64,000 nucleotides of DNA from Vescimonas coprocola (lineage in GTDB: Bacteria > Bacillota_I > Bacilli_A > RF39 > UBA660): positions 69,954-133,953 of the forward strand of contig CAVKYE010000001.1 in NCBI GenBank assembly GCA_963660615.1, written 5' to 3'. Position numbers and translations under genes: made by a program. The first letter of the stretch is position 1, and each line of letters opens with the position of its first letter. This document shows, piece after piece, positions 1 to 9,511 of this stretch. The notes under the pieces were generated by a model. The model had not been told where the DNA came from. It ran no database searches and saw only the letters and a program-made list of their open reading frames with translations.

Positions 1-152
1 ACACCTGCTAGAGCAATACCAACTCTTAAACACCAATCAGTTAAAGTTTTAATGGCTTTTAATATTGTATCAATATTGTAATTACCACCATCTAATTTTG
101 TTATTGCTAATGTACTTATAGTATTCCCTATATTGTATAGAGAACTTCCTAT
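1..152 (-). CDS. partial ORF (5' end only, continues beyond window start); small protein of unknown function
   Basis: Open minus-strand frame from TTG at ~152 (AGGTG SD-like 8 nt upstream) running off the window edge: MFKLIGSSLYNIGNTISTLAITKLDGGNYNIDTILKAIKTLTDWCLRVGIALAGV... Not in the ORF track because it is truncated by the window. Confidence 0.25.
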   Translation of the reverse strand, partial: MGSSLYNIGNTISTLAITKLDGGNYNIDTILKAIKTLTDWCLRVGIALAG

Positions 153-327
153 AAGTTTAAACAATAAACAACACCTCGAAATTTATATTTTTATTCATCT
201 TATTATCATCCTCCTTAACAAAATAAGAAAAAGAGCAAAATAGTGATATAATAAGTTCGTTATCTATTTTTAATAACACTAGAGTTAGCCCTAACTAGCT
301 CTTTTATTTTGCTCTAATTTCATTTGA

Positions 328-675
328 CTAAATTTCTATTTCATCATTATTTTTTTCTTTGGATTTTGCTAAAAATGTAACTCTTTCAGCAATAACTTCT
401 TGAATAGTTTGTTTTGAATTATCTTTATCAATAACTCTTGTTTGAATACGACCTTTAATACCAATTAAATCTCCTTGTTTACAATATTCACTTGTATTTT
501 CAGCAATACCAGACCACATTGTACATTTAATAAAATCAGTATCATATTCGCCATTTTCATTTTTATAACTTCTAGGTACGGCAACAGTTATATTACATAC
601 TTTTTTACCGTTCTCTAATTCAGTTACTTTTGGATCTTGGGTAATCCTACCAACCAATACTGTTTCATTCACCAT
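328..675 (-). CDS. ssb: single-stranded DNA-binding protein (SSB, OB-fold)
   Basis: Translation has the typical SSB N-terminus (MVNETVLVGRITQDPKV...GKKVCNITVAV) and an acidic C-terminal tail (NNDEIEI). Internal ATG at 675 is preceded by AAAGGAGGTGG, so the true start is probably there rather than the TTG at 693. Confidence 0.8.
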   Translation of the reverse strand: MVNETVLVGRITQDPKVTELENGKKVCNITVAVPRSYKNENGEYDTDFIKCTMWSGIAENTSEYCKQGDLIGIKGRIQTRVIDKDNSKQTIQEVIAERVTFLAKSKEKNNDEIEI

Positions 676-696
676 TAAACCACCTCCTTTCAAGTA

Positions 697-1071
697 TTAA
701 TAACACAAATCATCATTAAAGATTTTTTGTGCTTTTTCCGTTGCTTTTTCAATAGATTCTTTACCAAAGTATTCAGAATATTTTTCTATTTGCTCATCGG
801 TTAAAGAACGATCCTCACCAAGTTCTGGATCATCACCAACAATAAAAAAATTACCACATATAACATCATGACCAATATCACGATTTGGTGGTAATCCTAA
901 AATTTTTCCTTCTTCATTACAAACTATTGCAATATCATTTGAACCACTTAAATAAGTGCATTCAATTAATCCATTAACAAGTTTTTGTTTGTCCTCTAAG
1001 GTGTTTTTTATTGTTCTTTTTTCTGGCAATTTGTTTGGCTCAACATAAAGAACACTTAATTTTCTTTGCAA
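697..1071 (-). CDS. DUF3846-like protein (common in phage/ICE replication modules)
   Basis: 124-aa ORF directly upstream of and almost abutting ssb. Sequence pattern (EPNKLPE...LGLPPNR) resembles the DUF3846 family seen in mobile elements; assignment by memory only. Confidence 0.4.
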   Translation of the reverse strand: MQRKLSVLYVEPNKLPEKRTIKNTLEDKQKLVNGLIECTYLSGSNDIAIVCNEEGKILGLPPNRDIGHDVICGNFFIVGDDPELGEDRSLTDEQIEKYSEYFGKESIEKATEKAQKIFNDDLCY

Positions 1072-1086
1072 TTTATCACAACCTTT

Positions 1087-1524
1087 CTAACTATATTCAC
1101 TAAGTAATTTTTCCATTTCTTTCTTTTCATCTTCGGTCGGAGGTATTGTTTCACATCTTTTACCATTCCAAACCATAACACCATCTTCATCATACCTAAT
1201 ATGTGGAGATGATGTTCCATTAATTAATTCGTTTGGTTTATCAGTAATCTTAGTAACCATAATATAAGATTGAATATTATTATTCTTATCAGAGTAGGTT
1301 TTTAAATATCCTTTAATAAATACTTTTTTATCTTTAATAAAAAAATCTTTATATTTGTAATAAAGATTATTGTGGATTCTTAAATTAAGATAACAATTAT
1401 TATTTGAATAATCATTACAAGTTAGACCAAACAGACAATAATTATTAGTATTATAAATATTATTGATTTTACCAGATAACATAACTTCATTATAATTTAT
1501 ATCTTCATACATAAAAGCCTCCAA
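1087..1524 (-). CDS. hypothetical protein with C-terminal motif DEDGVMVWNGKRCETIPPTEDEKKEMEKLLSEY shared with 60665..61183
   Basis: The C-terminal ~35 aa are clearly homologous to the C-terminus of the 172-aa HTH protein at 60665..61183 (DTDGVMLWDGKRCESVEPTEEERKEMEDLLSEF). Confidence 0.5.
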   Translation of the reverse strand: MEAFMYEDINYNEVMLSGKINNIYNTNNYCLFGLTCNDYSNNNCYLNLRIHNNLYYKYKDFFIKDKKVFIKGYLKTYSDKNNNIQSYIMVTKITDKPNELINGTSSPHIRYDEDGVMVWNGKRCETIPPTEDEKKEMEKLLSEYS

Positions 1525-1631
1525 TCTAATTTAAAGTTTATATTAGTATTACTAATAATATTATTAGAATTATTTTATTTATTAATTTATTTATTCTTTT
1601 ATTTATTTGTAGGAAGTATATCTCCTGTCGG

Positions 1632-1877
1632 TTAGGAAGTGTCTTGCCACTCTGACGGGAGAGTTGGATCCTTACTATCATCTATATAAATTTTTCTTCT
1701 ACTGTTATTTTTTTCTTTTCTATCAATTATTACCTTGATATAACCCTTACTATGTAAATTACTTATACAAGTTCTAATTGTTCTTTCACTAACATTATTT
1801 ACTTTACTTAAATAATGATTAGTAGCATAACAGTAGCCTTTATTATTACATAGTGCTGATATTTCTCCATAAATCAA
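1632..1877 (-). CDS. HTH domain protein (phage/ICE replication-associated), paralog of the N-terminal half of 60665..61183
   Basis: MIYGEISALCNNKGYCYATNHYLSKVNNVSERTIRTCISNLHSKGYIKVI aligns with LDKLIYIRIVGFCRNDKYNNTCFASNGYFANLFGVKPKAISVTIKKLKDLDLINV of the 60665 protein. Confidence 0.5.
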   Translation of the reverse strand: MIYGEISALCNNKGYCYATNHYLSKVNNVSERTIRTCISNLHSKGYIKVIIDRKEKNNSRRKIYIDDSKDPTLPSEWQDTS

Positions 1878-1970
1878 CTTTTCTAAATGTGTTAAAGAAA
1901 AATCTAAGATGACAAAACTAGGAGTAATACATGAATTAAATATTTTGGGTATTCAATATCACTCCTAATA

Positions 1971-2609
1971 TTAATAAGCCACCTTATTTGTTAAATAACC
2001 AATATAAACTGTTTGAGTATCTTTTGTATTTTTCTTGCAAGTAATTAAAGTTATAGTAGTTTTTTGATTATCTCTATAAACTTCAATATGACCATCTTTA
2101 CTGGTATCATATATTTTACTTATAGAATATTCATATTTATAACCATTATAATAAACATAAACTTTATCATCATTATTTAGTTTATATAAATTTTTAAAGA
2201 AAGAAATATAACTAGCTCCATTATGACTAGCAAGAACTAAGTTACCATTAACAACATCTGGCATAGAAGATTTGTCTATAATTTGAATATTATAATTAAC
2301 ATTATTATATTTACTACTAGGATCTACTAAACCTCGTTTTAAATTTATAGATGGAATATCTAAAACAGCAATGTAGTTATAATTAGTAATTTTGGAAGTA
2401 GTAGTATTTTCTTGCTTATCTTCTTTTGATTCTTCTACTTGTGAAGTATTATCATCATCAAAAAATTCTTCTATTTTAGTATCATTATTTTCATCTAATT
2501 TTACTTTAGTAGAATAATTATAAACAATCATAAACATACCACAAGCAAAAAGTAGTAAGCCAATTAATTTAATAAGATTAAACTTCTTATTTTCTTTTCT
2601 TCGTACCAT
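1971..2609 (-). CDS. sortase (transpeptidase), N-terminal membrane anchor
   Basis: N-terminal TM segment; catalytic-site motif TLITC near the C-terminus (TITLITCKKNT). Overlaps by 23 nt the upstream VPNTG-protein gene, so probably co-transcribed. Confidence 0.8.
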   Translation of the reverse strand: MVRRKENKKFNLIKLIGLLLFACGMFMIVYNYSTKVKLDENNDTKIEEFFDDDNTSQVEESKEDKQENTTTSKITNYNYIAVLDIPSINLKRGLVDPSSKYNNVNYNIQIIDKSSMPDVVNGNLVLASHNGASYISFFKNLYKLNNDDKVYVYYNGYKYEYSISKIYDTSKDGHIEVYRDNQKTTITLITCKKNTKDTQTVYIGYLTNKVAY

Positions 2610-5040
2610 ATAAGAATAATCCTAGTCCAGATACAATTAAAACTATACTTCCAATTAGTTCATAATTAATATTACTTAAACCAGTATTTGGAACTTCGTA
2701 TGCTTCATCTAACATATTACATTTAACAACTTGTCCATCTTCAGTAATTTCAAAATACATTTTTTCATCATTTATTTTGTATCCCTCTGGTGCTTCTTTT
2801 TCTAAAATGTAGTATTTACCAACTGGTAATTTATCAATAATGATTTTACCATTCTCATCAGTACGACCAGAATAAACTAACTCATCATTTTCATTGTAAA
2901 TTTCAATTAATGTGTTAGGTAAAGTCTTACTGTTTGAATAATCAGATTTAGTAAATTCTAAAGTACCTTTTGGCAAATGATTTTCTAAAGTAGTTTTGTA
3001 ATTAATTACTTCTGTATATTGATCTTTATATTCAAGATCGAAATTATATTTAGTTTTATCCAACACATGGTTATTTACTGTTTCAATTTCTTGTAAATAG
3101 TATTTTCCTAAATATAAATCATCTACCTTAACATAACCATTTTCATCAGTAATTAATTCTTTTACTAGTGTACCTTTTTTGTATTTTAAATTACCAAGAG
3201 CATCATATATATTTTCTCTAGCATATAAACCAATTTTAACGCCTTTTAAATTAACTTTAGTATAAATATACCCATTATCAGTTAATTCTACTTCTTCGCC
3301 AGTTTTAGTTAGTTCTAGGCTACCTTTAACTGCTTTATTTTCAAACTTAACTTCAAATAAGATTCCAAATTCTTCATCATTAATTAATTTAGAATCTTCA
3401 CCAATTTTAAATTCTACAGAATTTTTATTCCATAAATAACCATCGATTTTTTGATCTACTTCCTCTAGATAGTAAGTACCTGCCTTTAATGGATAAGGTG
3501 TGATTAAAATACCATTAGAATCAGTCTCAAAAACATCAATAGTTTTAGCAGTTGGATAAGTTATTGTTTGTTTAACATATTCTTTAGTATCAACATTATA
3601 GATTCTAAACTTAATATTTTTTCTAGCAATAATTTGTTTAGTGTCTTTATCAATTTTAACAACTTTTAATTTAGCTGTTATTTCAGCATTGGAGATAGTG
3701 TAGTAAATTTTATCTCCCATTTCATAAACATTAATTGTAAAATCATCTACCTTAGTAGTATCTTTAGAAGTAGTTAATTGTTTTACTGTATAAGTTCCAT
3801 ATACTAGATTAATATTTAATTTTCCATTTTTATCAGTTTTTCCAGTCTTATAAAGTTCACCTTTACTATTATAAAAACCAAACTCTACATTAGGCTCTGG
3901 TGTCATTATTTCAGATTTACTAGTAGCATAAACTTTTGTAAGTTCAACATCACGATTTATTATTTTTTCTTTTACAATAACATAGTTATCAATATTATCT
4001 AGAGAACTAGTAAAATAATATTTAGTAGTGTCTAATTGATAACCTTTACTAGGACTTATTTCTCGTAAATAGAAATCCCCAAAATAAGGTAAATGTTCTA
4101 TTTTTGCATAGCCATTACTATCAGTAGTTGTTTTTCCAACTAGGGCATCTGTTTTTTTATCATAAATTCCATAAATTGCACCACTTAAAGTTGCTTCACC
4201 TTGTGGTTTAGCAGAATTATTGTCTTTATCATATTTAGTAAAGTCAATTTTTCCTCCCTCAGATTTGATATTTAAAGATGCATAAACTGGATCAACTGCT
4301 CCAGAAGATAACATTGTTTGAATACCATTACCATAATATACAAGATATTGTCTTGTAGTATACATTTTTTTCTTGAATTGCATAGTAATATTACCAACAT
4401 TAGTAGCACGAATAGTAATAGTATTGCCATTAACTTGATATTCAGCATTATTACTCATTATTACATCGTAATTTGATAATACATTGTTAGTATCAGTTAG
4501 TGTTATTTTATCACCAACTTTCATAGTAACTGTTTGACCATTAAAAGATGGTTTTACATAATGACTATTAACTAGATTCATAATTTCGTTTCTTTCAGCA
4601 GATACATCTATATTTGTTCCTGCTCCCCATCTTTGAGTGGAGTAAGAAATACTATAGTTTCCTGCCTGTTCCCATAAAAGGGCTTGAGTTGCTAATCTAT
4701 AATTTAATGTTTGATGATTTGGATAATCATAACCGTAATAAGCAATTAGTAACATTTTTAGTTTTTGTTCATTAGAATAATTGGTATTAGACATATCTCC
4801 AACTGTATAATTATTAGTTCCTTCTGGAACACCTGGCTCTATACAATAGGCAACACGATCTCCAAAATAATAATCTTGAGTGTACCAACTATGAGTAGAT
4901 TCATTTGGACTAGTTCTCATCCAAAAATAACCAGACTTATTCATTGTTAAAGTAGCTCCTTGAGCATATACCGATGTAGTAGAGACACATCCAATTATGA
5001 CACCAAGTAGCAACAAGAAATTTCTAATTTTATTTTTCAT
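2587..5040 (-). CDS. cell-wall-anchored surface adhesin: signal peptide, thioester-type domain, repeated Cna-B/isopeptide-like domains, VPNTG sorting signal
   Basis: N-terminal signal peptide (MKNKIRNFLLLLGVIIGCVSTTSVYA). YCIEPGVP and TQALLWE motifs match the Cys/Gln pair of thioester domains. C-terminus is VPNTG followed by a hydrophobic stretch and KKRK. Repeated beta-rich YGxY/T-rich segments typical of CnaB/pilin-like domains. Confidence 0.75.
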   Translation of the reverse strand: MKNKIRNFLLLLGVIIGCVSTTSVYAQGATLTMNKSGYFWMRTSPNESTHSWYTQDYYFGDRVAYCIEPGVPEGTNNYTVGDMSNTNYSNEQKLKMLLIAYYGYDYPNHQTLNYRLATQALLWEQAGNYSISYSTQRWGAGTNIDVSAERNEIMNLVNSHYVKPSFNGQTVTMKVGDKITLTDTNNVLSNYDVIMSNNAEYQVNGNTITIRATNVGNITMQFKKKMYTTRQYLVYYGNGIQTMLSSGAVDPVYASLNIKSEGGKIDFTKYDKDNNSAKPQGEATLSGAIYGIYDKKTDALVGKTTTDSNGYAKIEHLPYFGDFYLREISPSKGYQLDTTKYYFTSSLDNIDNYVIVKEKIINRDVELTKVYATSKSEIMTPEPNVEFGFYNSKGELYKTGKTDKNGKLNINLVYGTYTVKQLTTSKDTTKVDDFTINVYEMGDKIYYTISNAEITAKLKVVKIDKDTKQIIARKNIKFRIYNVDTKEYVKQTITYPTAKTIDVFETDSNGILITPYPLKAGTYYLEEVDQKIDGYLWNKNSVEFKIGEDSKLINDEEFGILFEVKFENKAVKGSLELTKTGEEVELTDNGYIYTKVNLKGVKIGLYARENIYDALGNLKYKKGTLVKELITDENGYVKVDDLYLGKYYLQEIETVNNHVLDKTKYNFDLEYKDQYTEVINYKTTLENHLPKGTLEFTKSDYSNSKTLPNTLIEIYNENDELVYSGRTDENGKIIIDKLPVGKYYILEKEAPEGYKINDEKMYFEITEDGQVVKCNMLDEAYEVPNTGLSNINYELIGSIVLIVSGLGLFLYGTKKRK

Positions 5041-5184
5041 TTTCTATCATTTCCTCCTCTCGTGAAAATTTACTTGATAAGGCACAAGCAGACCATAAAA
5101 AAAGCACTAATAAAATTAATAGTGCAATTCCGATAAATAATAATATTTTCATTTTTTCCTCCAAAATAAAAAAGACTAGAATAT

Positions 5185-5799
5185 CTAATCTTTATACTTA
5201 TTACAATTTCCAGATGAACAATTAATATATAAATATTCACCTAAAACTGTACCTTGACCATCAACAACATCCATACACCAACTATTAATAATATCAACAG
5301 TATCTTTCAAAGAAATTCTTTCACTAGCAGAAAGACAAGCATCCATAGAACTATATTCAATTTTACCTTTATGAAAAGAATAATTAAAATCATTTGGATT
5401 AGGAATACCTATATAAGAATTATTATTTTCTTTTGTTGGTTCTTCTTTAATTTGATTATTATTAGATTGTGATTGATTTTGTTGATTATTATTTTGATTT
5501 ATTTCATTTGAATTATTTGATGTAGTAGAAGTAGTAGAAAATACTTTATTTTCTTTTACCTCTTCCTTAGGGCTTTCTACAACATCAACATTTTCATTTT
5601 TTTCTTTTGGTAATTCCTTTTGATTTTCTGTTTTCTCTTGAATATCTTTTTGTTTTACTTTTTCTTTTGATTCTGTATTGCTAGTAAAATTTTTTGATAA
5701 GTTATTCTTATTAGAATTGGTTTTACCAATAAAGATAAAAGTAGTAATTAATATCATTATCATAATAATACCAACAAATTTAAAGATTTTCGATTTCAT
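5185..5799 (-). CDS. membrane-anchored low-complexity protein (N/Q/S/E/K-rich) with Cys-containing C-terminal domain; unknown function
   Basis: N-terminal TM helix (IIMIMILITTFIFIG), long compositionally biased region, C-terminal ~80 aa with 5 Cys. Confidence 0.4.
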   Translation of the reverse strand: MKSKIFKFVGIIMIMILITTFIFIGKTNSNKNNLSKNFTSNTESKEKVKQKDIQEKTENQKELPKEKNENVDVVESPKEEVKENKVFSTTSTTSNNSNEINQNNNQQNQSQSNNNQIKEEPTKENNNSYIGIPNPNDFNYSFHKGKIEYSSMDACLSASERISLKDTVDIINSWCMDVVDGQGTVLGEYLYINCSSGNCNKYKD

Positions 5800-5915
5800 A
5801 ATATCACCTTTGCCTGAATGATATACTACTTAAAAACTTTTGTCAAATCATTAAGAATTACCATTTACACAATCATAAAACCACCTCCTTTAAGTCAAGA
5901 AAAAAAGTTGCATTT

Positions 5916-6452
5916 CTACAACTTGAATTCTTTCATAAATTTTTTAAACTTTTCTTCTTCATTGGGATCAGCAAATCCATCATCATCATTATATACTTCT
6001 ATATCTAAGGCACAAGCAAATTTCACAATACAACTGTTTTTTATAGGAACAAGACCTTTATTAGAACAACCAATTTCTTTAAATGCACGAGTTTCGGATT
6101 CTTGTCTATATAAACATATAGTGTAGTAGACTAATTCTTCTTGACTAAAATGTTTAGTTATAAAACAAATCTTTTTAGACAAAGTTTGATATTCTGTATC
6201 ATTATCAATAAAATTATCTAACCTAGTATAGTCATTAATACCTTTAGTTTTTTCATCAACAAAAATATATTTATATGTACTAGTAATTTTAATAGGCATT
6301 TCACAATAATTTTTGCTTTTTAATCTTCTATATTTTTTCATAAACATACAGACACGGTAGAAAGTTCTTTCTATATCATAATCTGCTAAATCAAATTTAG
6401 ATAATAATTCATTATCAAATACATCTTCTTTTTCTTGTATTGTGTTATTCAT
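5916..6452 (-). CDS. hypothetical protein
   Basis: 178-aa ORF with plausible codon usage; no motif recognised. Confidence 0.35.
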   Translation of the reverse strand: MNNTIQEKEDVFDNELLSKFDLADYDIERTFYRVCMFMKKYRRLKSKNYCEMPIKITSTYKYIFVDEKTKGINDYTRLDNFIDNDTEYQTLSKKICFITKHFSQEELVYYTICLYRQESETRAFKEIGCSNKGLVPIKNSCIVKFACALDIEVYNDDDGFADPNEEEKFKKFMKEFKL

Positions 6453-6487
6453 TTTAACCCTCCAACTTGAATATAGCCAATAGAAAA

Positions 6488-6539
6488 GGAGATGCTTATA
6501 AGGGGAATTTAACCCTGTATAAGTATCTCCTTGTTTTTT
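6488..6539. terminator. strong hairpin (13-bp stem, 17-nt loop) followed by T-run; bidirectional-looking terminator/attenuator
   Basis: GGAGATGCTTATA-aggggaatttaaccctg-TATAAGTATCTCC followed by TTGTTTTTT. An A-rich run precedes it, giving a T-run on the minus strand. Confidence 0.5.
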
Positions 6540-6824
6540 AGAGAAACTAAATTTAAGTTATAAACACTAAAATAAGATTTATGATTTTGCATAGTTAATC
6601 ACCTTACCTTAAGGTGAAGTCATCAAATACTACCACAATCACTTCACACATAACAAAAATTTTCTTTTTCCAAATATTGGCTACTATTCTAATATTTTTA
6701 TTTATTATTGTCAATGGCTTTTTCAAAAAAATTAACAACAAAAAAACGATGATTGTTTCTTTCGATACAATTCATCGATTTTACTATATTTTACCACTTG
6801 ACTTTACTAAGTCAAGAACTAAAC

Positions 6825-6860
6825 AATGCTTTTCAATGCTTTTCGATGCTTTTTGATGCC
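6825..6860. repeat. short tandem repeat (~10-11 bp x3: AATGCTTTTC / AATGCTTTTC / GATGCTTTTTG)
   Basis: caATGCTTTTCaATGCTTTTCgATGCTTTTTgATGCC read directly from sequence, in the intergenic region just downstream of the 6863..7216 gene. Confidence 0.6.
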
Positions 6861-6862
6861 AA

Positions 6863-7216
6863 CTATAAATCGCAAACTAAATCATCAATTTGCTCTTTAG
6901 AAAAAGTGGAGGCTTCAATTATTAGACTATTATAATAAGCATTGGCTTCCTGTTCGTTGAAAAATATTTTTAAGTCAAATTTACCATATAAATCATCTGT
7001 CTTTTTATTTTGAATAAGCATATATACGACATATTCATCTTTATTAAGATTACTAGCATTAGAAGTAGTAATTATCATAACAATACTTACTATATAAGAA
7101 TCTAATTCTATTTCTTTATGTTTATTAGTTGAATTAACACTAATATTTTTTAATTCACTTATGATATCCCTTTTTGATTCTACATTTTTATTAACTACTC
7201 TCATAATGCACCTCAA
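6863..7216 (-). CDS. hypothetical protein
   Basis: 117-aa ORF; no recognisable motif. Confidence 0.35.
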   Translation of the reverse strand: MRCIMRVVNKNVESKRDIISELKNISVNSTNKHKEIELDSYIVSIVMIITTSNASNLNKDEYVVYMLIQNKKTDDLYGKFDLKIFFNEQEANAYYNSLIIEASTFSKEQIDDLVCDL

Positions 7217-7289
7217 AATTTAATTTACTATTATTATACACAATTATTAAAAGAAAGAAATACTTTCATAAAATATTTCTTAGTAATTT

Positions 7290-7538
7290 TTAATTAACAT
7301 TGATTTTGTTGCTGAAACGATTGATAACTTTGTCGCATAATTCTTCTATCATTACATATACTAAAAAAGGTAAAAACATAACTGATAATAATGCTTCGAC
7401 GAACAATGGGCATCCTGTCATTGAAAAAGGGGATGCTTCTAAAGTATATCCTAAATTCGTATCAAAATAAAAAACTTTAATTAGAAATACTAAAAATACA
7501 AATGTTCCAAATATACTTAGTGCTTTTTTTATACTCAT
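7290..7538 (-). CDS. small membrane protein (two predicted TM helices)
   Basis: 82-aa ORF with two hydrophobic segments (IFGTFVFLVFLIKVFYF; MFLPFLVYVMI). Confidence 0.35.
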   Translation of the reverse strand: MSIKKALSIFGTFVFLVFLIKVFYFDTNLGYTLEASPFSMTGCPLFVEALLSVMFLPFLVYVMIEELCDKVINRFSNKINVN

Positions 7539-7693
7539 TTTATCTCACCACCATAACTATTTAAGATTTACTACATACTTAATATGATAACCGATTTTTA
7601 TAAAAAATCAACACTTTTACCTTAAACAGTTGTGCAAAAGACAATTATTTAACACTTGTATAAAATAAATTGTAGGAAGTGAGGTAAGATTTT

Positions 7694-7972
7694 ATGAATA
7701 ATAGCCGTGAAATACTATCAATGAATTTAAAATATTATAGACAGAAATATAACTTATCTCAAGAAAAGTTTGCTGAGAAAGTTGGTAGCAATCTAGTATA
7801 TATAAATGAATTAGAAAATTGTAAAAGAAAACCTACGATTGAAATGCTTGATAAGATAGCAGAAGGCATGAATAAGAACATTGATCGTAAATTAAAAATG
7901 ACTGCATCAGAATTATTAAAATATGATAGAAGTCATAAAACAACATTTAATAGAATAGATGAAAAGAAGTAA
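7694..7972 (+). CDS. XRE-family helix-turn-helix transcriptional regulator
   Basis: LKYYRQKYNLSQEKFAEKVGSNLVYINELENCKRKPTIEMLDKIAEGM is a canonical HTH_XRE domain. Divergent from the minus-strand genes, sitting immediately beside the RM genes (a controller-protein-like position). Confidence 0.75.
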   Translation: MNNSREILSMNLKYYRQKYNLSQEKFAEKVGSNLVYINELENCKRKPTIEMLDKIAEGMNKNIDRKLKMTASELLKYDRSHKTTFNRIDEKK

Positions 7973-7979
7973 TTTTTAA

Positions 7980-9500
7980 TTAAACTACTTCTTTTTGCTT
8001 TAAGTTAAAATTTTCTTCTCTTTTAGATAAAAATACTTTAGTTCTATTTGTTAAAACTTCGGCTGGTAACTGATTACTTGTGGTTATTAAATCAAAAAAC
8101 ATTTTACTTTCTGGAGTAGCATTTAATTTAACCAATACTTTTCCGTTTGAACTATCAAAACAATAATAATTACTATCAAATAACCCATGATGATTACTAC
8201 ACAACCAAATTCCATTGTCTCCTGAATTTGCCAACATATATTTCTTATAAAATTGTTCATTGCAATGTTCATTACTAGTATCAAGTAATTTTTTCATATC
8301 TGTATTCATATATACTTCATTAATACTTTCTGATGATGCTTTTGATATTTCAGCAACTCCCCACAAATGAGCTGCTTCTAGTATATTTTCTATTTCACAA
8401 CCACATAAATAACATTTTGTTAGTAAGCCTTTTTCACGCATATTATTTTTAAATAATTCTTGATTTCTTAAATCCTTATTTGCTTTTGCTGTTTCATATT
8501 GATTTTTTTCTCTTTCAAATTGATGCAATATTTCATCAGATGTCTCATAATTTATTTCTAAGTGTGCTTTGTCAATCAAATTTAATATAGGTCCTGTAAA
8601 ACCTGTTGATTGCTTGATATTTTCTTTACCATCATTCAAGTGGTATAATTGTGAGCCAAATAAGAATTCTAAATTTTTATTTTCTTTTTTTGCAAGAATT
8701 ATTAAAGTCCACATAGTGAAAAAACTGTCATATCCCTCAGCAGATAAAGTTTTAAAAGTATAGATATATTTATGTTTTGAAAGATCAATGTATTCTTGAT
8801 TTTCGTAAACATCATTTTTTGAAATATCATATTCTTCATCAATACATTTCAAGTATGATGGAACATTTCCCATATTTCTTTTAGATAAATATAAAATATC
8901 ATTTGCAAACTTATTAAATGAAATATATTTAATATCTTCATGTGATTCTTCTAAACTAAAACCTAAAGGTTCATATTCTTTAAAAGAAATTTCATCTAGA
9001 TTTAATATTTCAAAACCTATAGTAGCAAGTTTACGATAATTCATTAAATTTGATAAATTTTTTGCATAAGATTCATTTGTATCTAATAAATATATGTATA
9101 ATTTTACATTTTCCCCATTATTAAGAGAATCATAATAATACTCAAATACTTTATTTAATCCTTGAAATAAATAGGTGTTAGAATGATAATCTTTTCTTCC
9201 ATAAACATATTTTCCACCAAATTTTTCAACTTCTAATTTTTTATCTTCATCATAATTTGTATTTGAAAAACCAATAATATATTTTAAATTATTGCTTTCA
9301 TATACGGAAATAGTTCTAGTATGTACTTTTTGGGATCTTTGGGCTTGAATAGTATCACCATCTAAACTTACTATTTCTATATTTATACTATTTTCATTAA
9401 TATCTATTCCATCTTTAGCATAAGCTCTTTTTATAGCATCCTTATAAACCTTTTTATATGTTTCATAATTACAATTATAAATTTTTGCTGTTATATTCAT
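7980..9500 (-). CDS. putative restriction endonuclease with C-terminal HNH nuclease motif
   Basis: C-terminal CYLCGCEIENILEAAHLWGVAEI...NGIWLCSNHHGLFD is an HNH (His-Asn-His, Cys-ligand) motif. Gene immediately downstream of a DNA methyltransferase, as in an RM operon. Confidence 0.6.
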   Translation of the reverse strand: MNITAKIYNCNYETYKKVYKDAIKRAYAKDGIDINENSINIEIVSLDGDTIQAQRSQKVHTRTISVYESNNLKYIIGFSNTNYDEDKKLEVEKFGGKYVYGRKDYHSNTYLFQGLNKVFEYYYDSLNNGENVKLYIYLLDTNESYAKNLSNLMNYRKLATIGFEILNLDEISFKEYEPLGFSLEESHEDIKYISFNKFANDILYLSKRNMGNVPSYLKCIDEEYDISKNDVYENQEYIDLSKHKYIYTFKTLSAEGYDSFFTMWTLIILAKKENKNLEFLFGSQLYHLNDGKENIKQSTGFTGPILNLIDKAHLEINYETSDEILHQFEREKNQYETAKANKDLRNQELFKNNMREKGLLTKCYLCGCEIENILEAAHLWGVAEISKASSESINEVYMNTDMKKLLDTSNEHCNEQFYKKYMLANSGDNGIWLCSNHHGLFDSNYYCFDSSNGKVLVKLNATPESKMFFDLITTSNQLPAEVLTNRTKVFLSKREENFNLKQKEVV

Positions 9501-9511
9501 TTTTGCCTCCT

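Noticed and set aside
1087-1877. Calling the 1632..1877 / 1087..1524 pair a frameshifted pseudogene of the 60665-type HTH protein
   Set aside because: The larger ORF has ~110 aa of unrelated N-terminal sequence and there is a 107-nt gap with no obvious single frameshift. Kept as two CDSs with a note.
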